A stretch of DNA of 17,327 bases, taken from positions 1 to 17,327 of the forward strand of contig JBBRDV010000027.1 of the NCBI GenBank assembly GCA_038203565.1, read 5' to 3'. Positions 7,282 to 15,841 of this stretch are shown one piece after another. A program made the position numbers and the translations under genes. The notes below the pieces were generated by a model. The model did not search any database. It worked only from the letters and a program-made list of their open reading frames with translations, and was not told the DNA's origin. Source of the stretch: Atribacterota bacterium. Lineage in GTDB: Bacteria > Atribacterota > Phoenicimicrobiia > Phoenicimicrobiales > Phoenicimicrobiaceae. Each line of letters starts with the position of its first letter. Position 1 is the first letter of the stretch.

Positions 7282-7863
7282 ATGGTTCTAAAAGTTGTGG
7301 GGATTGTAAGTAGTCCCAGGAAAGAGATGAACACTGATACCTTTGTAACAAAAGCCCTGGAAGGTGCCCGGTCCGTCGGTGCAGAAACAGAAAAAATCTA
7401 CCTCAATGATCTGGAAATAAAGCCCTGTCAAGCCTGTGACCGGTTTCCCGCCCCTGATTATTGCTTCTACAAAGATGGGATGGAAAAAATATATGATGCC
7501 CTTGCCACCGCTGATGCTCTGGTTATTGGGGCTCCTGCATATTTTAGTTCCTTCAGCGCTCAGCTCAAATTGCTCATTGATCGCTCAAATTGCCTGGCGG
7601 AGATGGTTACACTCCCGGATGGTAAATTGATATTCAAGTCGAGGTTGAAGAAAAAAAAGAAAGGTATCTTTATCTGGGTGGCTAACATATCAAAAAATCC
7701 TGAACACGCACTGGTATCTCTAAGAATCTGGTGCAAATATTTCGCCAATGTTGAGTTAGTAGATACTTTAGTTATTACGGACTCTGACCATGGAGAAGGT
7801 GCCAGAAAGCGAGAAGAACTGCTCCACAAAGCTTTTGAATTCGGGGTATCATTGGGACAATGA
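7282..7863 (+). CDS. Flavodoxin-fold / iron-sulfur flavoprotein (Isf, WrbA-like) family protein
   Basis: SSPRKEMNT, IKPCQACDRFPAPDYC, ADALVIGAPAY and SAQLKLLIDR. GTG at 7270 overlaps the RBS, so ATG at 7282 is the likelier start. Confidence 0.85.
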   Translation: MVLKVVGIVSSPRKEMNTDTFVTKALEGARSVGAETEKIYLNDLEIKPCQACDRFPAPDYCFYKDGMEKIYDALATADALVIGAPAYFSSFSAQLKLLIDRSNCLAEMVTLPDGKLIFKSRLKKKKKGIFIWVANISKNPEHALVSLRIWCKYFANVELVDTLVITDSDHGEGARKREELLHKAFEFGVSLGQ

Positions 7864-7918
7864 TGCAACTTCTGCGTATTTTTTCTTTGAAAAGCAGGCA
7901 GCTCCCTCAGGAGGTAGA

Positions 7919-8590
7919 ATCATAAAAATTAAAAAGATAATACGTTCAAAGAGAAAAAGTATTGCGATGTATATAAATGAAGATGCTGTATTAATAGTGA
8001 GAGCGCCTTTTCATGCCAGTGAAGAAGTGATAAATAAAATGGTTTTAAAATATAAGGAAAGATTGGAGAAAACGCAAAAAGAAGTTAAGTTAAGGAATTT
8101 GAAATTTAATAAAAAGGAATTTGTCAGTGGAGAAAGATTCCTTTATCTGGGGGATTATTACCATTTAAAGTTAGTGGATAATCGAGAAATTCTACTGGAT
8201 CTTCAAGATGAATTTTTACTTTCAAAAAAATATTTATCCTACGCGAAGAATATTTTTATTCTTTGGTATAAGAGAAGAGCCTATGAAACCATATCTGAGA
8301 GGATTAAATTATATGCACAAAAAAGGGGATTTGAATATAATAAAATAAATATCACTCATGCACAAAAGAGATGGGGTTCTTGCTCTCACCATGGCAATCT
8401 AAGTTTTTCCTGGCGATTAATTATGGCTCCTTTACCTATCATAGATTCTGTTGTTATTCATGAGCTCGCACACCTTGAAGTGAAAAATCATTCAAAGGCA
8501 TTTTGGAATAAAGTGGGAATCTTAGACCCGGAATATAAAGAACATAAAGATTGGTTAAAAAATAATGGCTATTTATTGAGGTTGGAATAA
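7919..8590 (+). CDS. YgjP/DUF45 (M48-like, SprT-like) metal-dependent hydrolase
   Basis: IRSKRKSIA, LIVRAP, GERFLYLG, KRWGSCS, LSFSWRLIMAP and VIHELAHLEVKNHSKAFW. The start is uncertain: the strong RBS AGGAGGT (7909-7915) is followed only by ATC/ATA/ATT in frame. Confidence 0.85.
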   Translation: MIKIKKIIRSKRKSIAMYINEDAVLIVRAPFHASEEVINKMVLKYKERLEKTQKEVKLRNLKFNKKEFVSGERFLYLGDYYHLKLVDNREILLDLQDEFLLSKKYLSYAKNIFILWYKRRAYETISERIKLYAQKRGFEYNKINITHAQKRWGSCSHHGNLSFSWRLIMAPLPIIDSVVIHELAHLEVKNHSKAFWNKVGILDPEYKEHKDWLKNNGYLLRLE

Positions 8591-8650
8591 GAAGGGGATG
8601 TAGAATATGAAGGTTATGGAAATTTAATGAATGAACTAAGGAGACTGTAG

Positions 8651-10351
8651 ATGTTTTTACCCACCACCAGAGAAGAGATGAAAGAATTATCCTGGGATAA
8701 GCTGGATGTAATTATTGTAACCGGGGATACTTATCTAGACAGTCCTTACATCGGAGCAGCGGTTATAGGAAAAGTGCTTTATGCCGCAGGATATAAGGTG
8801 GGAATTATCGCTCAGCCAGCTATAGAGGGTGAAAAAGATATCACCAGACTGGGAGAGCCTGCTCTTTTTTGGGGAGTCACTGCCGGTTCGGTAGATTCGA
8901 TGGTGGCTAATTATACAGCCCTGAAGAAGAGAAGGAGGGAAGATGATTTTACTCCCGGAGGAAAAAATACTAAGCGGCCTGATCGGGCAACCATAGTCTA
9001 TTCTAATCTGATAAGAAAATATTTTAAAAATACTGTTCCAATCGTTCTGGGGGGAATAGAAGCGAGCCTGCGCCGAATAGCCCATTATGATTATTGGGAT
9101 GACAAGATAAGAAGGGCGATACTTTTTGATGCCAAGGCCGATATTTTGGTCTATGGCATGGGAGAAAAGTCTGTTTTAAAGTTAGCTCTCAATTTAAAAA
9201 CCGGCAAGGACTGGAAAGATATCAGAGGGATATGTTATATCTCTCCACACTTCAGAGAAGAATATACCATACTCCCTTCTTACCAGGAAGTTAAAGGGGA
9301 TAAGAAAAAATTTATCTCTATGTTTCATACTTTTTATTTAAATAATGACCCTCTAACTGCCAAGGGATTATGTCAAGAGCAGGATAGCAGATATTTAATT
9401 CAAAACCCCCCCAACTATCCTCTTGTCCAAAAGGAACTGGATGAGATTCATAATTTAGCCTACGAAAGAGAAGTTCATCCTTATTATAAAAAAGAAGGAG
9501 AAGTAGAAGCCCTAAAGACCATAAAATTCTCTATTACTACTCACCGCGGCTGTTATGGGGAGTGTAATTTTTGCTCTATAACCGTTCATCAGGGCAAAGT
9601 TATCCAGGGAAGGAGCGAAAAGTCGATCTTAAGAGAAGCAAAATTATTAACTAAATTGGTGGATTTTAAGGGATATATTTTGGATGTGGGCGGACCTACC
9701 GCCAATATGTACGGGATAGAATGTCAGAAGAAATTAAAGTCGGGAAGCTGTACTGATAAGAGGTGTTTATATCCGCAGTTTTGTCCGAGTCTAAAGATAA
9801 ATCATAAAAAACAGATGGAAATTTTAAATAAGATAAGGCGGATTGAGGGGGTAAAAAAGGTTTTTGTCGCTTCAGGGATACGCTATGATATGTTATTAGG
9901 TGACCAAAAATATGGAGAAAAGTATTTACGCGGATTAGTTAAGTATCACATCTCCGGCCAGTTGAAAATTGCCCCTGAACATACGGAAAATAATGTTTTA
10001 GAAAAAATGGGTAAACCCGACCAGGGATATTTAAAAAGATTTAGAGATAAATTTTTACAGATAAATAAAGAAGAGAAAAAGAAACAATTTTTAACCTATT
10101 ATTTAATTGCCGCTCATCCGGGATGCAGGGAAGGAGATATGTACAAATTAAAAGAATATACCTCTAAAGAGCTAAAGCTCAATCCGGAACAGGTTCAGAT
10201 ATTTACTCCCACTCCTTCAACCTATTCAACTTTAATGTATTATACTGAAAGAGACCCTTTTACCGGAAAAGCCTTTTACGTGGAGAAGAATTTAAAGAAG
10301 AAAGAAAGACAGAAGGAGATTGTGATAGAAAAGAAAAGTAAACTCCGATAG
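8651..10351 (+). CDS. ygiQ: YgiQ (UPF0313) family radical SAM protein
   Basis: FLPTTREEM, VTGDTYLDSP, GGIEASLRRIAHYDYW, HRGCYGECNFC (CxxxCxxC), DVGGPTANMYG, LKIAPEH, IAAHPG, EQVQIFTPTP. Confidence 0.93.
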   Translation: MFLPTTREEMKELSWDKLDVIIVTGDTYLDSPYIGAAVIGKVLYAAGYKVGIIAQPAIEGEKDITRLGEPALFWGVTAGSVDSMVANYTALKKRRREDDFTPGGKNTKRPDRATIVYSNLIRKYFKNTVPIVLGGIEASLRRIAHYDYWDDKIRRAILFDAKADILVYGMGEKSVLKLALNLKTGKDWKDIRGICYISPHFREEYTILPSYQEVKGDKKKFISMFHTFYLNNDPLTAKGLCQEQDSRYLIQNPPNYPLVQKELDEIHNLAYEREVHPYYKKEGEVEALKTIKFSITTHRGCYGECNFCSITVHQGKVIQGRSEKSILREAKLLTKLVDFKGYILDVGGPTANMYGIECQKKLKSGSCTDKRCLYPQFCPSLKINHKKQMEILNKIRRIEGVKKVFVASGIRYDMLLGDQKYGEKYLRGLVKYHISGQLKIAPEHTENNVLEKMGKPDQGYLKRFRDKFLQINKEEKKKQFLTYYLIAAHPGCREGDMYKLKEYTSKELKLNPEQVQIFTPTPSTYSTLMYYTERDPFTGKAFYVEKNLKKKERQKEIVIEKKSKLR

Positions 10352-10433
10352 AGTTTTTGTTTTAAATCAGCATATTAATAGAAATGTGATGTGCTTATAT
10401 TTGCTATTTAAGCTTTAAATATGCTAACCTAAT

Positions 10434-10736
10434 GGAACTTTTTTTCAATTATTTTTTTCACGAGGCCTATTTCAAAATATAAAAAGTGCACCGATTGAGG
10501 CAACACTTGCCATTATTTATATGGGTATTTTCCCGGCTGCCTTGGCTTATATTACCTGGGCCTATGTCCTTTCCCGAATCCCAGCTTCTTTAGCCGGGAG
10601 TTATCTTTATTTATCTCCGGTATTAGCCATATTAATTGCCTGGATATGGTTAGGAGAAATACCTTTCTTTTTATCATTAACGGGAGGGTTTCTTGCTCTG
10701 GCCGGGGTAATCATTGTGAATGTTTGGGGGAGATGA
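10434..10736 (+). pseudogene. 5'-truncated EamA/DMT transporter remnant
   Basis: The frame extends upstream of ATG 10521 (GTFFQLFFSRGLFQNIKSAPIEATLAIIY) only to an in-frame TAA at 10425-10427, and no RBS is evident. It covers only the last ~100 aa of a ~300-aa EamA (LAYITW, YLSPVLAILIAWIWLGE). Confidence 0.75.
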
Positions 10737-10773
10737 GGACTTTTAAAAAAAAGAAAAATATTTTAAATAAAAA

Positions 10774-10803
10774 AGAGGATTTTAAAACTATTTTATAGAA
10801 TAT
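10774..10803 (+). promoter_or_regulatory. SigH-like promoter upstream of DUF2207-lemA
   Basis: AGAGGATTT-N12-ATAGAATAT; AGGA at 10776-10779 and GAAT at 10798-10801 fit the B. subtilis SigH consensus RNAGGAWWW-N11/12-RNNGAATWW. Confidence 0.6.
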
Positions 10804-10887
10804 ATTTAAAGAAACTATTTTAATAAAGAATTAATGAGCTATTTAAAGTGAGCAAAATATTAATATTATTTCATATTAATTCAGGGG

Positions 10888-12690
10888 GTGAGGGAAATTA
10901 AATCAAAATTGACCATAGGTTTCATATTATTAATCATTATAATAATATTTTCTTTTACTAATTTGCTTATTTATGCGGAGCAGAGTTTTGAAATAACTGA
11001 TTATCAAGCACGGGTAAAGATATTAGAAAATGGTGATATTAAGGTAAGCGAAATTTTTGAGTATGATTTTGATGGCGATTTTAATGGCATAATAAGGACT
11101 ATAGGAACAAAAGGATCGGATGGGCTGCAGTATTTCAAGGCTTCTGAATATCTCCCCACGGATAAAGAATTAAATTATGACCAAAGCACTACAGGGGATA
11201 CGGTCACTTATAAAATTTACGATACATCCAGCAATGAAAGAAAATTGTTTTTACTGGAATACCAGTTAAAAAATGTTGCAACTTTATATAATGATACCGC
11301 AGAATTTTATTGGAAATTTTTTGATCAGTCCAATACTTCCCCCATCGGACATATGAAGATAGAAGTAGAGCTTCCGTCTGCAGAAGTCTCAGCAGAAGAA
11401 TTGAAAGTGTTTGGACATGGTCCCTTAAATGGAAAAGTATCTATCCTGGAGGACGGAAAAATAGCATATGAGATTTTTGGATTGTCTTCAGGAGAAATGG
11501 TGGAAGCAAGAATTTTATTTCCTACCAGTATGATTCCTGATAGTAGAAAAATAATTAATCAGAATAAATTTGCTGAAATAATGAAAGAGGAATTAGGATG
11601 GGCTAAAAAAGCAGATCGAGGGAAAGGGTTCAACATCATAGTTATCTTATTAATTCCATTGGCAGTTTTATTTAATATATTCCAGGCTATTCGGCTTTAT
11701 TTTAAATATGATAGGGAACTTAAACCCGAAGTTGAAATGGATTATTACCGTGAATTACCCCAGGATATTACACCCGCAGTTTTAAGTAAATTAATGAGTA
11801 TCCAGGGGGTAGGTAGTAAAGATATTATGGCAACTTTGATGGACCTGGTGCGTAAAAAATATTTAAAGATTGAAGAAATTCAATTAGGAAGAAAGAAAGA
11901 TTATAAATTTATATTAATCAAGAGTGATACCAAGAATTTAAAAGAACATGAATCATATTTAATCCAATGGCTTTTTTATTCTATCGGTGATGGAACGAGT
12001 GTAACTCTAAAAGAAATACAAGATTATGCTAAGGCATCAAAAACCCAGAACAGTTTTCGGAGCAATTATTATAAATGGGTGAAAAAAGTGGGAGAGGAAT
12101 TTAAAAAATACAATTATTTTGGTGAATCGAAAGAAGGATTGAGAGCCGCAGGTAAGGTATTTTTAATGGAATTGGCTGCCATATTTTTATTGTTTGTTCT
12201 AGGGATCCTGTTAAGAGTACAGATATTTATTCTAATACCCTTATTTTTTACTGTCATCTTCACTGGTTTTGCGGTGATAGTCTATGGAGCAGTATTAAGA
12301 AAAAAGACTCAGACGGGAGTTAATGAATATACCAAATGGAGGGCATTTAAGCAATTCTTATTACATTTTAGCAATATGAAGGATTACGAAATCCCTTCTA
12401 TAGTAGTTTGGGAGCATTATCTGGTTTACGCTATCTCTCTGGGAGTGGCAGATAAAGTCATTTCAAAATTAAAACTGGTCATAAGTAATCAGGATATATC
12501 CTTAGGGAATTCTACCTACTTATACTTTATGACTGATAGAAGCGGACGATTGAATAATAGTATGTTCAAGTCTTTTGATTCAGTATTCAGTTCGGCTTTT
12601 ACCACGACAAGTTCTTCAACTGGTTCCGGCGGCGGTTTCTCCTCTGGAGGTGGCGGTGGCGGTGGCGGAGGCGGTGCCGGCGCTTTTTAA
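10888..12690 (+). CDS. DUF2207 family membrane protein
   Basis: Signal or anchor helix, YNDTAEFYWKF, FGHGPLNG, YYRELP, ATLMDLVRKKYL, WEHYLVYAISLGVA and a Gly/Ser-rich tail GGGFSSGGGGGGGGGGAGAF. Confidence 0.9.
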   Translation: MREIKSKLTIGFILLIIIIIFSFTNLLIYAEQSFEITDYQARVKILENGDIKVSEIFEYDFDGDFNGIIRTIGTKGSDGLQYFKASEYLPTDKELNYDQSTTGDTVTYKIYDTSSNERKLFLLEYQLKNVATLYNDTAEFYWKFFDQSNTSPIGHMKIEVELPSAEVSAEELKVFGHGPLNGKVSILEDGKIAYEIFGLSSGEMVEARILFPTSMIPDSRKIINQNKFAEIMKEELGWAKKADRGKGFNIIVILLIPLAVLFNIFQAIRLYFKYDRELKPEVEMDYYRELPQDITPAVLSKLMSIQGVGSKDIMATLMDLVRKKYLKIEEIQLGRKKDYKFILIKSDTKNLKEHESYLIQWLFYSIGDGTSVTLKEIQDYAKASKTQNSFRSNYYKWVKKVGEEFKKYNYFGESKEGLRAAGKVFLMELAAIFLLFVLGILLRVQIFILIPLFFTVIFTGFAVIVYGAVLRKKTQTGVNEYTKWRAFKQFLLHFSNMKDYEIPSIVVWEHYLVYAISLGVADKVISKLKLVISNQDISLGNSTYLYFMTDRSGRLNNSMFKSFDSVFSSAFTTTSSSTGSGGGFSSGGGGGGGGGGAGAF

Positions 12691-12729
12691 ATAATTTGTA
12701 AAAATAAAAAAAGAGAAAGGGGTGTTTTT

Positions 12730-13272
12730 ATGAGTTTTATAATGATTTTTCTTATTCTGATTGTAGCATGGGGGGTTTTAACTTACAATAAACTGGTAAC
12801 CTTGAGAGGTAGAATAGATAATTCCTGGGCACAGATCGATGTTCAGCTAAAAAGAAGGTTTGATTTAATTCCTAATCTGGTAAGCTCTGTAAAAGGATAC
12901 GCCAAGCATGAGAAAGAAACATTAGAAGAAGTTACTGCATCCAGAACCAAATATTTATCAGCAACAACACCGGAAGAAAAATTAGGAGCAAATTCAGAGC
13001 TAGCCGGTGCCCTGAGTCGATTATTTGCAGTTGCTGAAAATTATCCGGATTTAAAGGCCAATGCAAACTTCCTGGATTTACAAGCACAACTGAAAGATAC
13101 CGAAGATAAGATAAGCTATTCAAGACAATTCTATAATGATACTGCTATGAAATATAATATAGTGATAGTCCAAGTACCAACTTCAATAGTTGCCAATCTG
13201 TTCGGTTTTACCAGCAGGCCTTATTTTAAAACAGAAGGAGAAGAAAGAGAAAACGTTGAAGTAAAATTTTAA
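12730..13272 (+). CDS. lemA: LemA family protein
   Basis: N-terminal TM helix, YNKLV, WAQIDVQLKRRFDLIPNLV, AVAENYPDLKANANF, EDKISYSRQFYND. Confidence 0.95.
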   Translation: MSFIMIFLILIVAWGVLTYNKLVTLRGRIDNSWAQIDVQLKRRFDLIPNLVSSVKGYAKHEKETLEEVTASRTKYLSATTPEEKLGANSELAGALSRLFAVAENYPDLKANANFLDLQAQLKDTEDKISYSRQFYNDTAMKYNIVIVQVPTSIVANLFGFTSRPYFKTEGEERENVEVKF

Positions 13273-13276
13273 AAAA

Positions 13277-13311
13277 AACAGGGGACGGTTCTCCGTTCTC
13301 GTCCCCCTGTT
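13277..13311 (+). repeat. GC-rich hairpin (AGGGGACG family), possible terminator or REP-like element
   Basis: AACAGGGGACG-GTTCTCCGTTCT-CGTCCCCCTGTT with one bulged C. It shares AGGGGACG and CGTCCCC with the 2447-2474 palindrome. Confidence 0.65.
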
Positions 13312-13345
13312 CCTGTAAAAAACGACGTAAACAGGAGGAAATAAT

Positions 13346-13921
13346 ATGAGTTCAAAAGTCCCAACTCGAGAGGAAGCTTACCAGCTGCTTACCGAATATA
13401 ATAAAAGCGATAGCCTGATAAAACATGCATTGGCGGTAGAAGGAGTTATGGGCTATTTTGGCCGCAAGCGGGGAGAAGATGAAGAAAAGTGGCGCATCAT
13501 CGGTCTGGTTCATGATCTTGATTATGAGCAGTTTCCCGAGGAACATTGTCATAAAAGCGAGGAAATACTGAAAGAAAAGGGTTGGCCTGAAGAATATATA
13601 CGAGCAGTAGTGAGCCATGGTTGGGGACTCTGTTCAGAGACTGAACCAAAAACAGAATTAGAAAAAGTTCTCTATACTATAGACGAGCTTACCGGTCTGG
13701 TGGTAACTACTGCTTTGGTTCGACCATCCAAAAGTGTTATGGACGTAAAAGTAAAATCAGTGAAGAAGAAATGGAAAGATAAAAGATTTGCTGCCGGTGT
13801 AGATAGAACAATTATTGAAAAGGGCGCCCAGATGTTAGGAATGGAATTGTCTGATGTCATTGATGATACCATAGCCGGCATGCAGGAAGTAGCCGAAGAA
13901 ATTGGACTAAAAGGAGTATAA
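13346..13921 (+). CDS. HD-domain (HDIG) predicted hydrolase
   Basis: KHALAVE, GLVHDLDYE, SHG, DELTGL, VRPSKS and FAAGVDR; RBS AGGAGG. Confidence 0.88.
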   Translation: MSSKVPTREEAYQLLTEYNKSDSLIKHALAVEGVMGYFGRKRGEDEEKWRIIGLVHDLDYEQFPEEHCHKSEEILKEKGWPEEYIRAVVSHGWGLCSETEPKTELEKVLYTIDELTGLVVTTALVRPSKSVMDVKVKSVKKKWKDKRFAAGVDRTIIEKGAQMLGMELSDVIDDTIAGMQEVAEEIGLKGV

Positions 13922-13946
13922 ATGTAGATGATAAAGAGGAATGTTT

Positions 13947-14441
13947 ATGAAAAAATTTGAAAAGCTTAACCTTAATATCCGAAAGGCGGCGATAGATGAT
14001 GTCCCCTTAATTCTTAAATTTATTAAGGAACTTTCAGTATATGAAAAAATGTCTAAAGAAGTAGTTGCTACTGAAAATATTCTCCGAGAAACCCTCTTTG
14101 GAGATAAATCATATGCCCAAGTTCTTATAGCAGAAATTGAAGGAAAGCCCGCAGGTTATGCTCTATATTTTTATAATTTTTCTACTTTTATGGGGCGGCC
14201 AGGTCTTTATATAGAAGATGTATATGTTTCTGAGGAATATCGGGGACAAGGAATTGGCACTGCCTTATTTAAATATTGTGCCCATATTGCTAAAGAACAC
14301 AAATGTATGAGAATGGAATGGATTGTTTTAAAATGGAATCCTGCTCGAAAATATTATGACCACATGGGTGCAAAGCCTATGAAAGAATGGATCATTTATC
14401 GTTTAAAAGGGGATGCTTTAGACAAAATGGCGGATTTATAG
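13947..14441 (+). CDS. GNAT N-acetyltransferase (diamine/spermidine acetyltransferase-like)
   Basis: IKELSVYEK, FYNFSTFMGRPGLYIEDVYV, YRGQGIG, RMEWIVLKWNPA. ATG at 13947 is better spaced from the GAGGA RBS than ATG at 13941. Confidence 0.88.
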   Translation: MKKFEKLNLNIRKAAIDDVPLILKFIKELSVYEKMSKEVVATENILRETLFGDKSYAQVLIAEIEGKPAGYALYFYNFSTFMGRPGLYIEDVYVSEEYRGQGIGTALFKYCAHIAKEHKCMRMEWIVLKWNPARKYYDHMGAKPMKEWIIYRLKGDALDKMADL

Positions 14442-14467
14442 TGGGTAAATAATCGTAGGGAGATATT

Positions 14468-15409
14468 TTGAAAACTTTCTTAAAAAACAATACTACTTAT
14501 ATAAAATTATTTCTGGTAGCCTTATTCTTCGGAGGCACCTTTATTGCCGGGAGGATAATGGCAGCAAACCTACCTCCTTTCACTTCAGCTTTTTTACGCT
14601 TCCTATTAGCTTCTTTCTTTTTGGTTTTATTTGTCTTTAAAATTTATGGTAAATTCCCCCGGGTTAACTTTTCACAATTCTTATTGGTTATAGCTCTCGC
14701 ACTTACCGGGATTGTGGGTTATAATTTCCTCTTTTTCTCGGGATTAAAACATATTACAGCCAGCAGGGCATCCATGATTGTTTCTTTGAATCCCTCCCTA
14801 ATTACTATACTTTCGGTGTTGATATTTAAAGATAAATTTACTAAATTTAAATTTACAGGGATTATTCTTTCTCTAACCGGGGCATTAATAGTGATTTCTC
14901 AGGGCAATCTCCAGGTTATTTTACAAGGCAATATTGGATGGGGGGAATTATTTATATTGGGATGTGTGGTCTGTTGGGCTTCCTTTACGGTGCTTGGTAA
15001 AATTATAATGAAAGACCTAAAGCCAATTATAGCCATAACCTATGCCTGCCTAGCCGGAACTTTAATTTTAATTTTACCCGCTTATCAGGAAGGAGTGCTT
15101 CAAAATTTTATGCAATATAGTTTAGAAGTATGGTTGAGTGTTTTTGTTTTAGGATTTTTGGGAACTGTTTTAGCCTTTACCTGGTTCTATGAAGGAATTG
15201 ATAAAATTGGCCCTTCTCGGGCTGGAATATTTATTAATTTTGTGCCCATCTTTGCTACTTTGATGGCCATTCTAATTCTCCACGAAAAATTATCTTCTTC
15301 TCTTGTTATCGGGGCAATCTTCGTAGTCAGCGGAGTATATCTAACCAATTATCAGGTAAAAAATATTAAAATAGAGAAAGATGAAGAAGTAAAAGTTTTA
15401 GAAAAATAG
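14468..15409 (+). CDS. EamA/DMT family transporter
   Basis: About 10 hydrophobic segments in two EamA repeats (FGGTFIAGR, AFLRF, IGPSRAGIFINFVP, LHE); TTG start after GGGAG. Confidence 0.92.
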   Translation: MKTFLKNNTTYIKLFLVALFFGGTFIAGRIMAANLPPFTSAFLRFLLASFFLVLFVFKIYGKFPRVNFSQFLLVIALALTGIVGYNFLFFSGLKHITASRASMIVSLNPSLITILSVLIFKDKFTKFKFTGIILSLTGALIVISQGNLQVILQGNIGWGELFILGCVVCWASFTVLGKIIMKDLKPIIAITYACLAGTLILILPAYQEGVLQNFMQYSLEVWLSVFVLGFLGTVLAFTWFYEGIDKIGPSRAGIFINFVPIFATLMAILILHEKLSSSLVIGAIFVVSGVYLTNYQVKNIKIEKDEEVKVLEK

Positions 15410-15413
15410 AAAT

Positions 15414-15449
15414 GTCATTGCGAGCGACCGCAGGGAGCGCGGTAATCTC
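15414..15449 (+). repeat. GTCATTGCGAG...GTAATCTC palindromic repeat, copy 2
   Basis: GTCATTGCGAGC-GACCGCAG-GGAGCGCGGTAATCTC, 4 nt after the EamA stop; same ends as 301-339 in the opposite orientation. Confidence 0.8.
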
Positions 15450-15456
15450 TAATCCC

Positions 15457-15600
15457 TTAAGAATTTAGTATTTTATCAACAGATAATTTATTTTTTGCAG
15501 GTAAAATCTTATCCGCTTGGACAATTATCACCGAAAACACCACCATCAAAATCCCTACTAATTTCCATCCCCAAAGGTTTTTCTTGGCTTGTCTTTTTAA
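15457..15600 (-). pseudogene. Internally deleted membrane-transporter (DMT-like) remnant, or small membrane protein
   Basis: Minus-strand frame LKRQAKKNLWGWKLVGILMVVFSVIIVQADKILPAKNKLSVDKILNS*. It follows a strong RBS (AAGGGAGAGG) but begins at TTA, and its single TM helix resembles the last helix of EamA proteins. Confidence 0.5.
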
Positions 15601-15757
15601 ATTTATCCTCTCCCTTCTTTTTTTAATTTATTTTATAGAATAAATTTAATCATAATCTTTTCATAACATTCATGGTATAGCTATATTTCTCTCACCTCTC
15701 TATTGAGAGGATGAGTGATTACTTTTTTCTTTATTTTAAAAATATTTTTCACAAAAA

Positions 15758-15786
15758 AAAGGATTTTCTAAACTTTTATCGAATAT
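15758..15786 (+). promoter_or_regulatory. SigH-like promoter upstream of the TPR gene
   Basis: AAAGGATTT-N11-ATCGAATAT; AGGA at 15760-15763 and GAAT at 15781-15784, the same architecture as 10774-10803. Confidence 0.6.
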
Positions 15787-15841
15787 TAAAATATAACAAC
15801 AAAATTCACCCTGATCAAAATTACTCAAAGGAGATAAAAAT

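Noticed and set aside
7436..7630. 64-aa same-strand alternative-frame ORF
   Set aside because: Nested within the flavoprotein gene; no RBS or homology evident.
7790..7918. N-terminal extension of the YgjP-like ORF
   Set aside because: It overlaps the upstream gene, and family similarity and the RBS begin at about 7909-7919.
10821..10845. AATGAGCTATT shared with the fabK leader (2581-2591)
   Set aside because: A short match in very AT-rich DNA; the operator-like part is absent, so chance cannot be excluded.
12622..12684. GGC/GGT-rich repeat tract
   Set aside because: It encodes the normal Gly-rich C-terminal tail of DUF2207 proteins.
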